Shown here piece after piece: positions 1 through 7,485 of a stretch of DNA of 40,975 bases. Where the stretch lies: positions 1 to 40,975 of the forward strand of contig DASURX010000135.1 of NCBI GenBank assembly GCA_036375355.1. Reading direction: 5' to 3'. The position numbers and the translations under genes were made by a program. Numbering within the stretch: position 1 is the first letter of the stretch; every line of letters starts with the position of its first letter. The stretch is from Candidatus Limnocylindria bacterium. GTDB lineage: Bacteria; Chloroflexota; Limnocylindria; QHBO01. The notes under the pieces are model-generated. The model was given only the letters and a program-made list of their open reading frames with translations. It was not told where the DNA came from and ran no database searches.

Positions 1-260
1 CCGTGTTCCGGGTCACGGTCCAGCGCGAGCCGGTTCCCCAGCAGCCGCGACGCATGACCGAGGGTCGAGTGGACGTGGCCACCGGAGCGGTGACGGCGGC
101 CGCCGCGGGCGCTGGCGCCGCGACCGGGCCGGCGGGGAGCAACGGCAACGGGCGCGCCGCCGGCGGGCCGGAGCCGGTCAAGGCGGGGCCGAAGGTCGGC
201 CGCAACGACCCGTGCTGGTGCGGATCGGGCAAGAAGTACAAGCGCTGCCACGGCGCCTGA
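1..260 (+). CDS. secA: Preprotein translocase SecA, C-terminal fragment (5' end outside the window)
   Basis: The ORF is open to the window edge. It ends in [22 protein letters not shown], the SecA C-terminal zinc-binding tail, preceded by an Ala/Gly-rich linker. Confidence 0.85.
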   Translation, partial: VFRVTVQREPVPQQPRRMTEGRVDVATGAVTAAAAGAGAATGPAGSNGNGRAAGGPEPVKAGPKVGRNDPCWCGSGKKYKRCHGA

Positions 261-316
261 GCAGCCGCTGCGAACCTGGGTACAACTTCCCGGAGGGACT
301 GGGACAAAGAGCCCTC

Positions 317-345
317 TTGGCGAACGCGGACGAAGGCGCTAGCAT
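317..345 (+). promoter_or_regulatory. Candidate sigma-A type promoter: TTGGCG (317-322), 17-nt spacer, TAGCAT (340-345)
   Basis: Hexamers and spacing read directly. It lies in the 440-nt secA-prfB gap, upstream of the hairpin and the Cys-rich ORF. Confidence 0.35.
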
Positions 346-352
346 GCTCGAA

Positions 353-386
353 ACGGAACGCGAGACGCGGTGATCTCGAGTTCCGT
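353..386 (+). promoter_or_regulatory. 5' leader hairpin: ACGGAAC/GTTCCGT outer stem, CGAGA/TCTCG inner stem
   Basis: Arms are complementary at 353-359/380-386 and 361-365/374-378. GGAGGG (398-403) follows directly. Confidence 0.4.
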
Positions 387-395
387 GCGCTGCAT

Positions 396-716
396 GTGGA
401 GGGCTTCGTGAAGCAGCTGACCGCTCACGGTCGAGGCACAGACACCACCACTACCACCACCTCTCCTCCCCCTCGAGCAGCCTCCCTGCCGCTGGTCACT
501 CGCTTCAGAGACCCCTCTCAACCCTACGAAGACCTGATCATGTGCGAACGCGACTGCATGCGATGCAGCTACGCCCTGACCCTCAACTGTGACGGCAACT
601 GCGGCTCCTGCCCACGCCAGGGCTACTGCCCGTGCGTGAATCCGGCGAAGGTGCGCAGCAAGAACGCGCGCGTCGAGATGGAGCTCCCCATGGTGGCGGC
701 CGGTGGACGGAATTAA
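396..716 (+). CDS. Cys-rich small protein, 8 Cys within 31 residues. The start is uncertain: GTG 396, GTG 408 or ATG 540.
   Basis: The translation contains CERDCMRC...CDGNCGSC...CPC, with CxxxCxxC twice. GC3 is high from about codon 45 onward. GGAGGG lies upstream of GTG 408. The stop at 714-716 overlaps prfB ORF0. Confidence 0.4.
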   Translation: MEGFVKQLTAHGRGTDTTTTTTSPPPRAASLPLVTRFRDPSQPYEDLIMCERDCMRCSYALTLNCDGNCGSCPRQGYCPCVNPAKVRSKNARVEMELPMVAAGGRN

Positions 717-1819
717 GGACGAGGCGACGCGACTGGCGCGCCTCGTGGCCGACACGGCGGTGCGGCTTTGACTTGCCTGCCAAGGAATCCGAGCTCGCCG
801 AGCTGACCTCGCGCACCTCGGACCCCGACCTCTGGAACGACCCCGCGACGGCGCAGTCGGTGCTGCGCCGGGCCGATGAGCTGCGCGACGAGATCGGCGC
901 GTGGCGGGACCTCGAGGCGCGCGCCATCGCCCTGGCGGAGATCGCCGAGCTGGCCGAGACCGATGCCGAGGAGGGCGACGGCCTGGAGGCCGATCTGCAG
1001 CGCGACCTCGACGCGCTGCAGGCCGACTGGACGCGGATGGAGGGCAGGCTCCTCCTGTCCGAGCCGTACGACGAACGGCCGGCGATCGTATCGGTCCATG
1101 CCGGCGCCGGCGGCACGGAGAGCCAGGATTGGGCAGAGATGCTTTTGCGCATGTACCTGCGCTGGGCCGAGCGCAGCCGCTACAAGACGGAGATCCTGGA
1201 CCAGACCGAGGGCGAGGAGGCCGGGCTGAAGAGCGTCACCTTCGGCGTGGACGGCCGGTGGGCCTACGGCCGCCTCAAGAGCGAGCGGGGGGTGCATCGG
1301 CTGGTGCGCATCAGCCCGTTCGACTCGCAGAAGCGGCGGCACACCAGCTTCGCGCTGGTGGAGGTCATGCCGGAGGTCGACGAGGCGGCCGACATCGAGA
1401 TCCGCGAGGACGACCTGCGGGTCGACACCTACCGGTCCAGCGGGGCCGGCGGGCAGCACGTCAACAAGACCGACAGCGCGGTACGCATCACGCACCTGCC
1501 GACGGGGATCGTGGTCACCTGCCAGAACGAGCGCTCGCAGGCTCAGAACAAGGAGCGCGCCATGGCCGTCCTGCGCGCCAAGCTCGTCGAGCGCCAGCAG
1601 GAGGAGCGCGAGGCCGAGCTGGCTCGCCTGCGCGGCGTGCACGTCGAGGCCGGCTGGGGCAACCAGATCCGCAGCTACGTGCTGCAGCCGTACACCATGG
1701 TCAAGGACCTGCGCACCGGCGTCGAGACGGCCAACCCGACCGCGGTGCTCGACGGCGAGCTGGATCCGTTCATCGAGGGCTACCTGCGATCGCGGATCGG
1801 CGAGGAGGCGCCGTCGTGA
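703..1819 (+). CDS. prfB: Peptide chain release factor 2, with programmed +1 frameshift: join(703..768,770..1819)
   Basis: ORF0 runs from GTG 703 (MDGIKDEATRLARLVADTAVRL) to CTT TGA C at 766-772. The +1 frame continues DLPAKESELAELT...DPDLWND and carries the SPF (RISPFDS) and GGQ (SGAGGQHVNK) motifs. Confidence 0.93.
766..772 (+). other. RF2 autoregulatory +1 recoding site, CUU UGA C
   Basis: An exact CTTTGAC heptamer sits at the junction of the two prfB frames. The in-frame TGA is at 769-771. Confidence 0.85.
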
Positions 1820-2559
1820 TCGGGGCGCTGGACCGGCCGCTGACCGCGGCGCAGGCCACGGACAGCCAGCCGGTGATCAGCATGGTCGACGTGGGCATGA
1901 CCTACCCCAACGGGAAGGTCGCCCTGGCCGATGTCAACGTCAGCATCCCCGGCGGCGACTTCGTCTTCCTGGTCGGCCCGTCGGGCGCCGGCAAGTCCAC
2001 CTTCATCCGCCTCCTCATCCGCGAGCAGCTGCCGACCGCAGGCCGGGTGGTGGTGGCGGGCCGCGACCTGTCGCGCATGCGCCGCGGCGAGGTGCCGAAG
2101 CTCCGCCGCCGGATCGGGATCGTGTTCCAGGACTTCCGCCTGCTGCCCGCCAAGACGGTCTTCGAGAACGTGGCCTTCGCGCTGGAGGTGACCGGCGCGC
2201 CGCGCTCGGAGATCCGCCGCCGGGTGCCGCAGCTGCTCAACCTCGTCGGCCTCCAGGAGCACGACGAGCACCTGCCCACCCAGCTCTCCGGCGGCGAGCA
2301 GCAGCGCGTGGCGATCGCGCGTGCCCTGGTGCACGACCCGGCCATGCTGATCGCCGACGAGCCGACCGGCAACCTGGACCCGGTGACGTCGTGGGAGATC
2401 ATCCAGCTCCTGATCCAGATCAACGGGCTGGGGACCACCGTGCTGATGGCGACGCACAACCAGGAGATCGTGAACGCGATGCGGCGGCGGGTGCTGGCGC
2501 TGGAGCACGGCACCCTGGTGCGGGACGAGTCCGGCGCGGCCTACGAGCGCGAGTACTGA
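1816..2559 (+). CDS. ftsE: Cell-division ABC ATPase FtsE. Alternative starts are GTG 1873 and ATG 1882.
   Basis: It has Walker A GPSGAGKST, signature LSGGEQQR and Walker B LIADEPTGNLD. GTG 1816 overlaps the prfB stop (GTGA). ftsX follows. Confidence 0.9.
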   Translation: MIGALDRPLTAAQATDSQPVISMVDVGMTYPNGKVALADVNVSIPGGDFVFLVGPSGAGKSTFIRLLIREQLPTAGRVVVAGRDLSRMRRGEVPKLRRRIGIVFQDFRLLPAKTVFENVAFALEVTGAPRSEIRRRVPQLLNLVGLQEHDEHLPTQLSGGEQQRVAIARALVHDPAMLIADEPTGNLDPVTSWEIIQLLIQINGLGTTVLMATHNQEIVNAMRRRVLALEHGTLVRDESGAAYEREY

Positions 2560-2563
2560 GCCG

Positions 2564-3457
2564 ATGGCCTTCTTCCGCTTCATCGGCTTCGCGGTCGTCC
2601 GGGCCTGGCAGGGGTTCTGGCGCAACGCGATGATGAGCCTGGCCGCCACGGCCACCGTCATCCTGATGCTGGTCCTGCTGTCCGGGCTGTTCATCGTGAT
2701 CGGCGGGCTGAACTCGGGCCTGCAGTTCATCGAGAGCAAGGTGGCGGTCACCGCGCGCCTGGTCGACGGCTTGCCCCAGAGCCAGCGCGACATCCTGATG
2801 CGTGACGTCGAGCAGCTGGCGGGCGTCAGGTCGGTGACCTACGTCAGCCCGGAGATGGCGCTCCAGCGCCTGCGCGACGCCTACCGCGAGCGGGGCGAGG
2901 AGCTGGACCTTGGCGGCGCCAACATCAAGCTCTACTCGAGCATCGAGATCGCGCTCACCGACGCGAACATGTCCGACCAGGTCGCGAACGCGCTCAAGGA
3001 CCGATCCGAGGTCGAGCGCATCACCACCAAGCAGGCCGACTACGAGAAGCTGCTGGGCATCATCGGCGTGATTCGCACGGTCGGCATCGTGGCCCTGGCC
3101 CTGGTCGGCCTGACCGTGCTGTTCATGATCGTGAACACCATTCGCATCGCGGTCTACTCGCGCGCGAACGAGATCGAGATCATGCGGCTGGTGGGCGCTT
3201 CGGACTCGTTCATCCGCTGGCCGTTCATCCTGGAGGGCATCCTGTGCGGCATGATCGGCGCCGTCATCACCGTCGTGCTGGTGGCCATCGTCTGGGATCC
3301 GATCCAGCCGGTGATGGTCCAGGTATTCCAGATGCCGACCACGGTCAGCGCCCAGTTCCTTGCCAGCCTCTCGGCGATCGTGCTGGCGGTCGGGCTCGGC
3401 GTCGGGGCGCTGGGCAGCTGGATCAGCGTGCGCTCGAACCTCTCGTCAGCCGCGTGA
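2564..3457 (+). CDS. ftsX: Cell-division permease-like protein FtsX
   Basis: It lies 4 nt after ftsE. There is an N-terminal TM segment, a large extracytoplasmic loop and three C-terminal TM segments, which is the typical FtsX layout. Confidence 0.9.
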   Translation: MAFFRFIGFAVVRAWQGFWRNAMMSLAATATVILMLVLLSGLFIVIGGLNSGLQFIESKVAVTARLVDGLPQSQRDILMRDVEQLAGVRSVTYVSPEMALQRLRDAYRERGEELDLGGANIKLYSSIEIALTDANMSDQVANALKDRSEVERITTKQADYEKLLGIIGVIRTVGIVALALVGLTVLFMIVNTIRIAVYSRANEIEIMRLVGASDSFIRWPFILEGILCGMIGAVITVVLVAIVWDPIQPVMVQVFQMPTTVSAQFLASLSAIVLAVGLGVGALGSWISVRSNLSSAA

Positions 3458-3587
3458 CGCGGCTGGCGAGCCGTTTCGCCGCTCCATCGGGCAAACCTGC
3501 GCGGGAAGCGCTTCGCCTGCGAGGTCTTGCCTGCTGCACCGGGTAATCCCACGCACGACAAGGAGGTTCTGCGTGCCCCGCGCTCAG

Positions 3588-3668
3588 GATTACCCGATGT
3601 GTCGGGCGATTCCGGCCACCCCACGGGCTTCAGGGGAGGAATTGCCCGATGTGTCGGGGGATTCGCGG
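3588..3668 (+). repeat. Two copies of a roughly 27-nt hairpin-containing direct repeat, core CCCGATGTGTCGGG
   Basis: The core is identical at 3593-3606 and 3645-3658, 52 nt apart. Both copies have GGA-T-T on the left and GATTC-CGG on the right. Each core is itself a CCCGA/TCGGG hairpin with a TGTG loop. Confidence 0.5.
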
Positions 3669-3735
3669 AGCACGCCCACGACGCGGCCGGTAAGCGAAAC
3701 GTAACTCGCGCGTAACCGGCCGCGGAGTGAGCCGA

Positions 3736-3744
3736 TGCTAGACT
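3736..3744 (+). promoter_or_regulatory. Extended -10 promoter element TGCTAGACT. A TSS here would leave a very short leader before ATG 3758.
   Basis: It fits the TGnTAnnnT pattern and ends 13 nt before the ctp start codon. It lies within a 16-mer repeated at 38515-38530. Confidence 0.4.
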
Positions 3745-3757
3745 CCGCGCCGCTGAC

Positions 3758-5209
3758 ATGACCGATGAGACGGGCACTCCCCTGAACGCGCCGGCCCCGC
3801 CGCCGGAGCGCGAGCCTGCCCCGCCGCCGGCACCGCAAACCGCTCCGCTCGCCCCTCCCGCGCTGCGCCGCACCGGTCCGGTGGCCTGGGTCGTGTCGCT
3901 GGCCCTGGCCGCCATGGTCGGGGCGCTGCTGTTCGTTGGCGGCTACCTGGCTGCCGGCGCCGCAGGAGGCTCATGCGCCGCTCCCAACGAGCAGTTCGCC
4001 GCCTTCTGCGAGGCGTATGACCGCCTGAAGGAGCAGTTCGTCGACAAGCTGGATGACAAGGCGCTGGCCGAGGGCGCCATCCAGGGCATGTTCGAGTACG
4101 GCGTGAAGGACCCCTTCAGCGGGTACATGTCGCCCGATGCCTACCAGCGCGCGCGCGAGGACCTCTCCGGCGAGTTCAGCGGGATCGGGGCCGAGATGGG
4201 CGTGCGCAACGTCGACAACCCCGACAACCTGGGCGACTGCTCGTCGCAGCTCAGCGATGCCTGCGTGCTGGTCGTCATCGCGCCGCTCGAGGACTCCCCG
4301 GCCAAGAAGGCCGGGCTGCAGGCCGGCGACGTGGTCACCGCCATCGACGGCGAGGCGGTCAACGGCATGACCCTGGACGATGCGGTCGGCAAGGTGCGCG
4401 GCAAGGCCGGCACGGACGTCACCCTCTCGCTGCGTCGCAACGACCAGGAGCTGGAGCTGACCATCACCCGCGACACGATCCAGATGCGCGAGGTGACCAG
4501 CCGGATGCTGGAGAGCAACATCGGCTACGTCGCACTGCACGGCTTCTCGAACGCCAGCGCGGACCAGTTCAGCGCCGCGGTGGCAGACCTGCTGGACAAG
4601 GGCGCGACCTCGATCGTGTTCGACCTGCGCGACAACCCCGGCGGCTACATCGAGGCTGCACGCAAGATCGCCTCTGAGTTCCTGGCCGATGGCGTGGTCT
4701 TCAGCCAGGAGTCGGCCGGCGACGAGGTGAAGACCTGGGAGGCGACCGGCGACGGGCACGCCACCGATCCGAACATCCCGGTCGTCGTTCTGATCAACAA
4801 GGGATCGGCATCGGCCTCGGAGATCGTGGGGGCCGCGCTGAAGGAGCGCGGCCGGGCGACGGTCATCGGGCAGCCCAGCTACGGCAAGAACACGGTCCAG
4901 CTGTGGGACGACCTGCAGAACGGCGGCGGGGTGCGGATCACGATCTCGCGCTGGTTCACCCCGGATCACAACAGCGTGGCGCCGGACGGGATCCAGCCCG
5001 ACATCACGGTCGAGGTGCCCGACGGCACGCCGCCGGAGCGCGACCTCTTCCTGGAGCGCGCGGTGCAGTTCCTCACCAACCAGGCGACCGGCGAGCACCG
5101 CAGCCCGGTCCCGTCGGCCAGCGCGCCGGGCAGCCCGTCGGCGCTGCTGACGCCATTCGGCTCGCCGGTGAGCTACGACCCGCGCGGCCTGGCCGTCGGC
5201 CTCGGCTGA
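3758..5209 (+). CDS. S41 family carboxy-terminal processing protease with a PDZ domain, an N-terminal Pro-rich segment and a TM anchor
   Basis: PDZ-like PAKKAGLQAGDVVTAIDGE is present, as are the S41 motifs DLRDNPGGY and GSASASEIVGAAL. Confidence 0.9.
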   Translation: MTDETGTPLNAPAPPPEREPAPPPAPQTAPLAPPALRRTGPVAWVVSLALAAMVGALLFVGGYLAAGAAGGSCAAPNEQFAAFCEAYDRLKEQFVDKLDDKALAEGAIQGMFEYGVKDPFSGYMSPDAYQRAREDLSGEFSGIGAEMGVRNVDNPDNLGDCSSQLSDACVLVVIAPLEDSPAKKAGLQAGDVVTAIDGEAVNGMTLDDAVGKVRGKAGTDVTLSLRRNDQELELTITRDTIQMREVTSRMLESNIGYVALHGFSNASADQFSAAVADLLDKGATSIVFDLRDNPGGYIEAARKIASEFLADGVVFSQESAGDEVKTWEATGDGHATDPNIPVVVLINKGSASASEIVGAALKERGRATVIGQPSYGKNTVQLWDDLQNGGGVRITISRWFTPDHNSVAPDGIQPDITVEVPDGTPPERDLFLERAVQFLTNQATGEHRSPVPSASAPGSPSALLTPFGSPVSYDPRGLAVGLG

Positions 5210-5237
5210 GGGGGCGTTGCGCTTCCTGCCGCCGGGC

Positions 5238-5246
5238 TGGTAGCAT
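5238..5246 (+). promoter_or_regulatory. Extended -10 promoter element TGGTAGCAT
   Basis: It fits the TGnTAnnnT pattern and lies 29 nt after the ctp stop. Confidence 0.35.
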
Positions 5247-5252
5247 CCTCGC

Positions 5253-5373
5253 CAACGAAAGGAGGTGGTGTGCAGTGAGTAGTCCCTGTCACGCCACCAC
5301 CGAGGCGGTGAAGTAGGACACCTCTCGCGTGGTAGCGACGGAAGAGCCGGCCCCAGCGGCCGGCTCTTTCTTT
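5253..5373 (+). ncRNA. Candidate roughly 120-nt structured leader or small RNA, possibly encoding a 13-aa peptide (GTG 5275 to TAG 5316)
   Basis: It is bounded by the -10 element and a strong terminator. AAAGGAGGTG is at 5258-5267. GGTGGTGTG (5264-5272) can pair with CACGCCACC (5290-5298), and alternatively GGAGGTG with CACCTC (5319-5324). Confidence 0.3.
5343..5373 (+). terminator. Intrinsic terminator: 10-bp stem AGAGCCGGCC/GGCCGGCTCT, 5-nt loop, TTCTTT tail
   Basis: The stem is perfectly complementary at 5343-5352/5358-5367 and is followed by a T-rich run. Confidence 0.7.
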
Positions 5374-5404
5374 GTCCCCTCCTACGATTCCAGGAATGAG
5401 ACCG

Positions 5405-5878
5405 ATGTCCGAGCCCAAGACGGAGCACACCGTCGCCGTCAACCGCAGAGCGCGCCACGACTACGCCATCGACGAGGTGATCGAGGCGGGCCTGGTGCTG
5501 ACCGGGACCGAGATCAAGTCGATCCGCGCCGGCCGCGCCAACCTGGCGGAGGCCTACGCGCGCGTCGAGCACGGCGAGGCCTGGCTCATCGGCGCACACA
5601 TCGCGCCCTACGAGCAGGGCAACCGCAACAACCACGAGCCGACACGCACCAGGAAGCTGCTGCTGCATCGGGACCAGATCGCCGAGCTCGTGGGCCGCAC
5701 CCAGGCGAAGGGCTTCACCCTGGTGCCGCTGCGGCTCTACATTCGCGGCGGCCTGGCCAAGCTGGAGCTGGGTGTCGGACGCGGGAAGAAGGCGCACGAC
5801 AAGCGCCGCGCCATCGCGGAGCGCGACATGCGCCGCGAGCTCGAGCGAGAGGGGAAAGAAGCGCGCATCAAGCTGTAG
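5405..5878 (+). CDS. smpB: SsrA-binding protein SmpB. Alternative start is ATG 5396. The TTG 5372 in the ORF track lies inside the terminator tail.
   Basis: The translation reads [34 protein letters not shown]...KLLLHR and has a basic C-terminal tail. It lies directly upstream of ssrA. Confidence 0.92.
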   Translation: MSEPKTEHTVAVNRRARHDYAIDEVIEAGLVLTGTEIKSIRAGRANLAEAYARVEHGEAWLIGAHIAPYEQGNRNNHEPTRTRKLLLHRDQIAELVGRTQAKGFTLVPLRLYIRGGLAKLELGVGRGKKAHDKRRAIAERDMRRELEREGKEARIKL

Positions 5879-5902
5879 CGGTCGGGGCAAACCGCACAGG
5901 TG

Positions 5903-5931
5903 TTCACACCGGGAGCGGCGCGTGGTAGGAT
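5903..5931 (+). promoter_or_regulatory. ssrA promoter: TTCACA (5903-5908), 17-nt spacer, TAGGAT (5926-5931), with a TG extension
   Basis: Hexamers and spacing read directly. It ends about 20 nt before the mature tmRNA 5' end. Confidence 0.5.
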
Positions 5932-5951
5932 GGATCGGTCAATCGGTTCGT

Positions 5952-6312
5952 GGGGATGTCAGGTTTCGACAGGGCTCAGGAACCGGGAAATGCAGGTCGA
6001 GGTCGCCCGCATGGCCTCGTAAATCCGCGGGCAAGCCAGCAACTGGCAACCGTCAGTTCGCTCTCGCTGCTTAGTCAGTGAGCATCGACGTCGTCCCCCC
6101 TCCCCGGACGGCGAAGATGTCATCAGGGGAGGTGCGGCGTCGCCGACTCCGGTGAGCGGCGTCAAAGAGCCGAGAGGCACGCCGGATAGCGCGCGGAGCA
6201 CCCCGCCGGTCGGGGGCCCGCAAGCGAAACGCTCGTAGGCCGGATAAACCTGTAGCACGTTCCCGGCAACTCGGTTCTGGACGGGGAGTTCGATTCTCCC
6301 CCATCTCCACCA
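5952..6312 (+). ncRNA. ssrA: tmRNA (SsrA), about 361 nt, with encoded CCA. The predicted tag is (A)GKPATGNRQFALAA.
   Basis: The 5' end GGGGATGTCAGGTTTCGACAGGG pairs with the 3' end CATCTCCACCA, including the G3:U pair. The T-arm is GGAGTTCGATTCTCCCC. The tag frame GCG/GGC (6027/6030) runs to TAG at 6072-6074 and ends FALAA. Confidence 0.93.
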
Positions 6313-6351
6313 CACCTTCCTCGAGGTACTCGGTCCAGGGAGACGACGACC

Positions 6352-6786
6352 GTGAGACCGATTCGCACGCTGGCGGCCGCGGGGGCGCTCCTGCTCGCCG
6401 GTTGCAGCCTCATCCTCCCGCCGAACGACCCGTCACCGTCGGAGCCGGCGATCGGCGTCGGCACCGCTACCTGGGCGCTGTCCGCCGACGAGGAGATTGG
6501 GCCCGAGACGCAGTCCTTCACCGCGTTCGTGACCGAGCGCGATTGCGCCAGCGGACGCTCGAGCCAGGGTCGGATCGTCGGCCCGTCCATCGACTACGAG
6601 GCCGACGCGGTGGTCGTCACCTTCGGCGTCCGCGGCCTGGGCGGTGTCCAATCCTGCCCCAGCAACCCGGCCACCCGCGTCGAGGTGCGGTTGCGTGAGC
6701 CCCTCGGCCAGCGCGCCCTCCTCGACGGCGGGCTCGGCGATCGGCAGGAGCCACCTGTCTGCGAGGCTTCCCCGAACTGCATCTGA
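6352..6786 (+). CDS. Putative lipoprotein
   Basis: The signal peptide carries the lipobox LLAGC (MRPIRTLAAAGALLLAGCS). Codon bias is good. No family was recognised. Confidence 0.7.
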   Translation: MRPIRTLAAAGALLLAGCSLILPPNDPSPSEPAIGVGTATWALSADEEIGPETQSFTAFVTERDCASGRSSQGRIVGPSIDYEADAVVVTFGVRGLGGVQSCPSNPATRVEVRLREPLGQRALLDGGLGDRQEPPVCEASPNCI

Positions 6787-6864
6787 GCATCCGGCGGTTG
6801 ATCGGTCCGGATGGCACTGGCCCGATGGCGTGGCTCGCCTCACGCTGTGCGACGGAGGTGACCG

Positions 6865-7335
6865 ATGAACAGCCTCGTCATCTACGCGAGCCACAAGGGC
6901 AACACCAGGCGCGTCGCGGAGCGCATCACCGCGATCCTCGCCGAATCCGGATCGGCGCAGATGTTCAGCACCGATGAAGCGCCAGCGCCCATTCCCGCCG
7001 AGGTCGACCTCGTGGTGATCGGCGGACCGACCGAGGGCCACGGCATGACGCCCGAGATCGTAGCCCTCCTCGAGCGCATCGAGCGGCAGGGGGTACGAGG
7101 TCGCCGCATGGCAGCATTCGACACGCGCCTGTGGTGGCCGCGCTTCCTGTCCGGGTCGGCCGGCGACTCCATTGCGCAGCGACTGCGCGCCGCCGGGGCC
7201 GAGTTCGTCGGGCCGGTTGGAAGCTTCATCGTGACCATGAAGCCGGAGCTCCAGCCCGGTGAGCTCGAGCGCGCCGCGACATGGGCCGCCGCGCTCGCGG
7301 ACGCGCTTCGGGAGGCGGTGCCGGCCGGCCGCTGA
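6865..7335 (+). CDS. Flavodoxin-like protein
   Basis: The N-terminus reads MNSLVIYASHKGNTRRVAERI, a flavodoxin FMN-binding-loop style sequence. GGAGGTGA lies upstream of the ATG. Confidence 0.7.
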   Translation: MNSLVIYASHKGNTRRVAERITAILAESGSAQMFSTDEAPAPIPAEVDLVVIGGPTEGHGMTPEIVALLERIERQGVRGRRMAAFDTRLWWPRFLSGSAGDSIAQRLRAAGAEFVGPVGSFIVTMKPELQPGELERAATWAAALADALREAVPAGR

Positions 7336-7402
7336 CCCTCGCCCAACTCTCCTGGGCAAGGTCCGACACCCCGGACGAACTCTATGAACGCGGCCGGGCG
7401 TG

Positions 7403-7411
7403 TGCTACCGT
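7403..7411 (+). promoter_or_regulatory. Extended -10 promoter element TGCTACCGT
   Basis: It fits the TGnTAnnnT pattern and lies 75 nt upstream of ATG 7486. Confidence 0.3.
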
Positions 7412-7485
7412 GCGCGCGCATCGCGGCTTCCCGGGTCCGGGGCCCGTATCCAGCCGCGCGAGGGAACTGGAGGGCTGCGCGTCAT

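Noticed and set aside
396-716. Calling the Cys-rich ORF a RiPP precursor or biosynthetic cluster
   Set aside because: No radical-SAM, cyclase, protease or exporter genes are adjacent. The neighbours are secA and prfB. It is kept only as an unclassified Cys-rich small ORF.
3971-5890. A 639-aa minus-strand ORF, with similar long antisense ORFs at 713-1642, 1780-2793, 11661-13190, 13106-14566, 14557-15954, 16194-18347, 23744-25426, 30111-31217, 30821-32014 and 39192-40247
   Set aside because: They run antisense to confidently identified genes. They have Arg/Ala/Gly/Pro-dominated low-complexity translations with no recognisable motifs. Such shadow ORFs are expected at about 70% GC because stop codons are rare.
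6281-6312. A tRNA-like T-arm and acceptor end (GGAGTTCGATTCTCCCC...CCA)
   Set aside because: It is the tRNA-like domain of tmRNA, not a separate tRNA gene. No other tRNA-like T-loops were seen in the window.
5772-6315. ORFs 5772-6074 (+), 5959-6315 (-) and 6071-6313 (-)
   Set aside because: They overlap the tmRNA gene. Only the short tag frame ending at 6074 is biologically meaningful.
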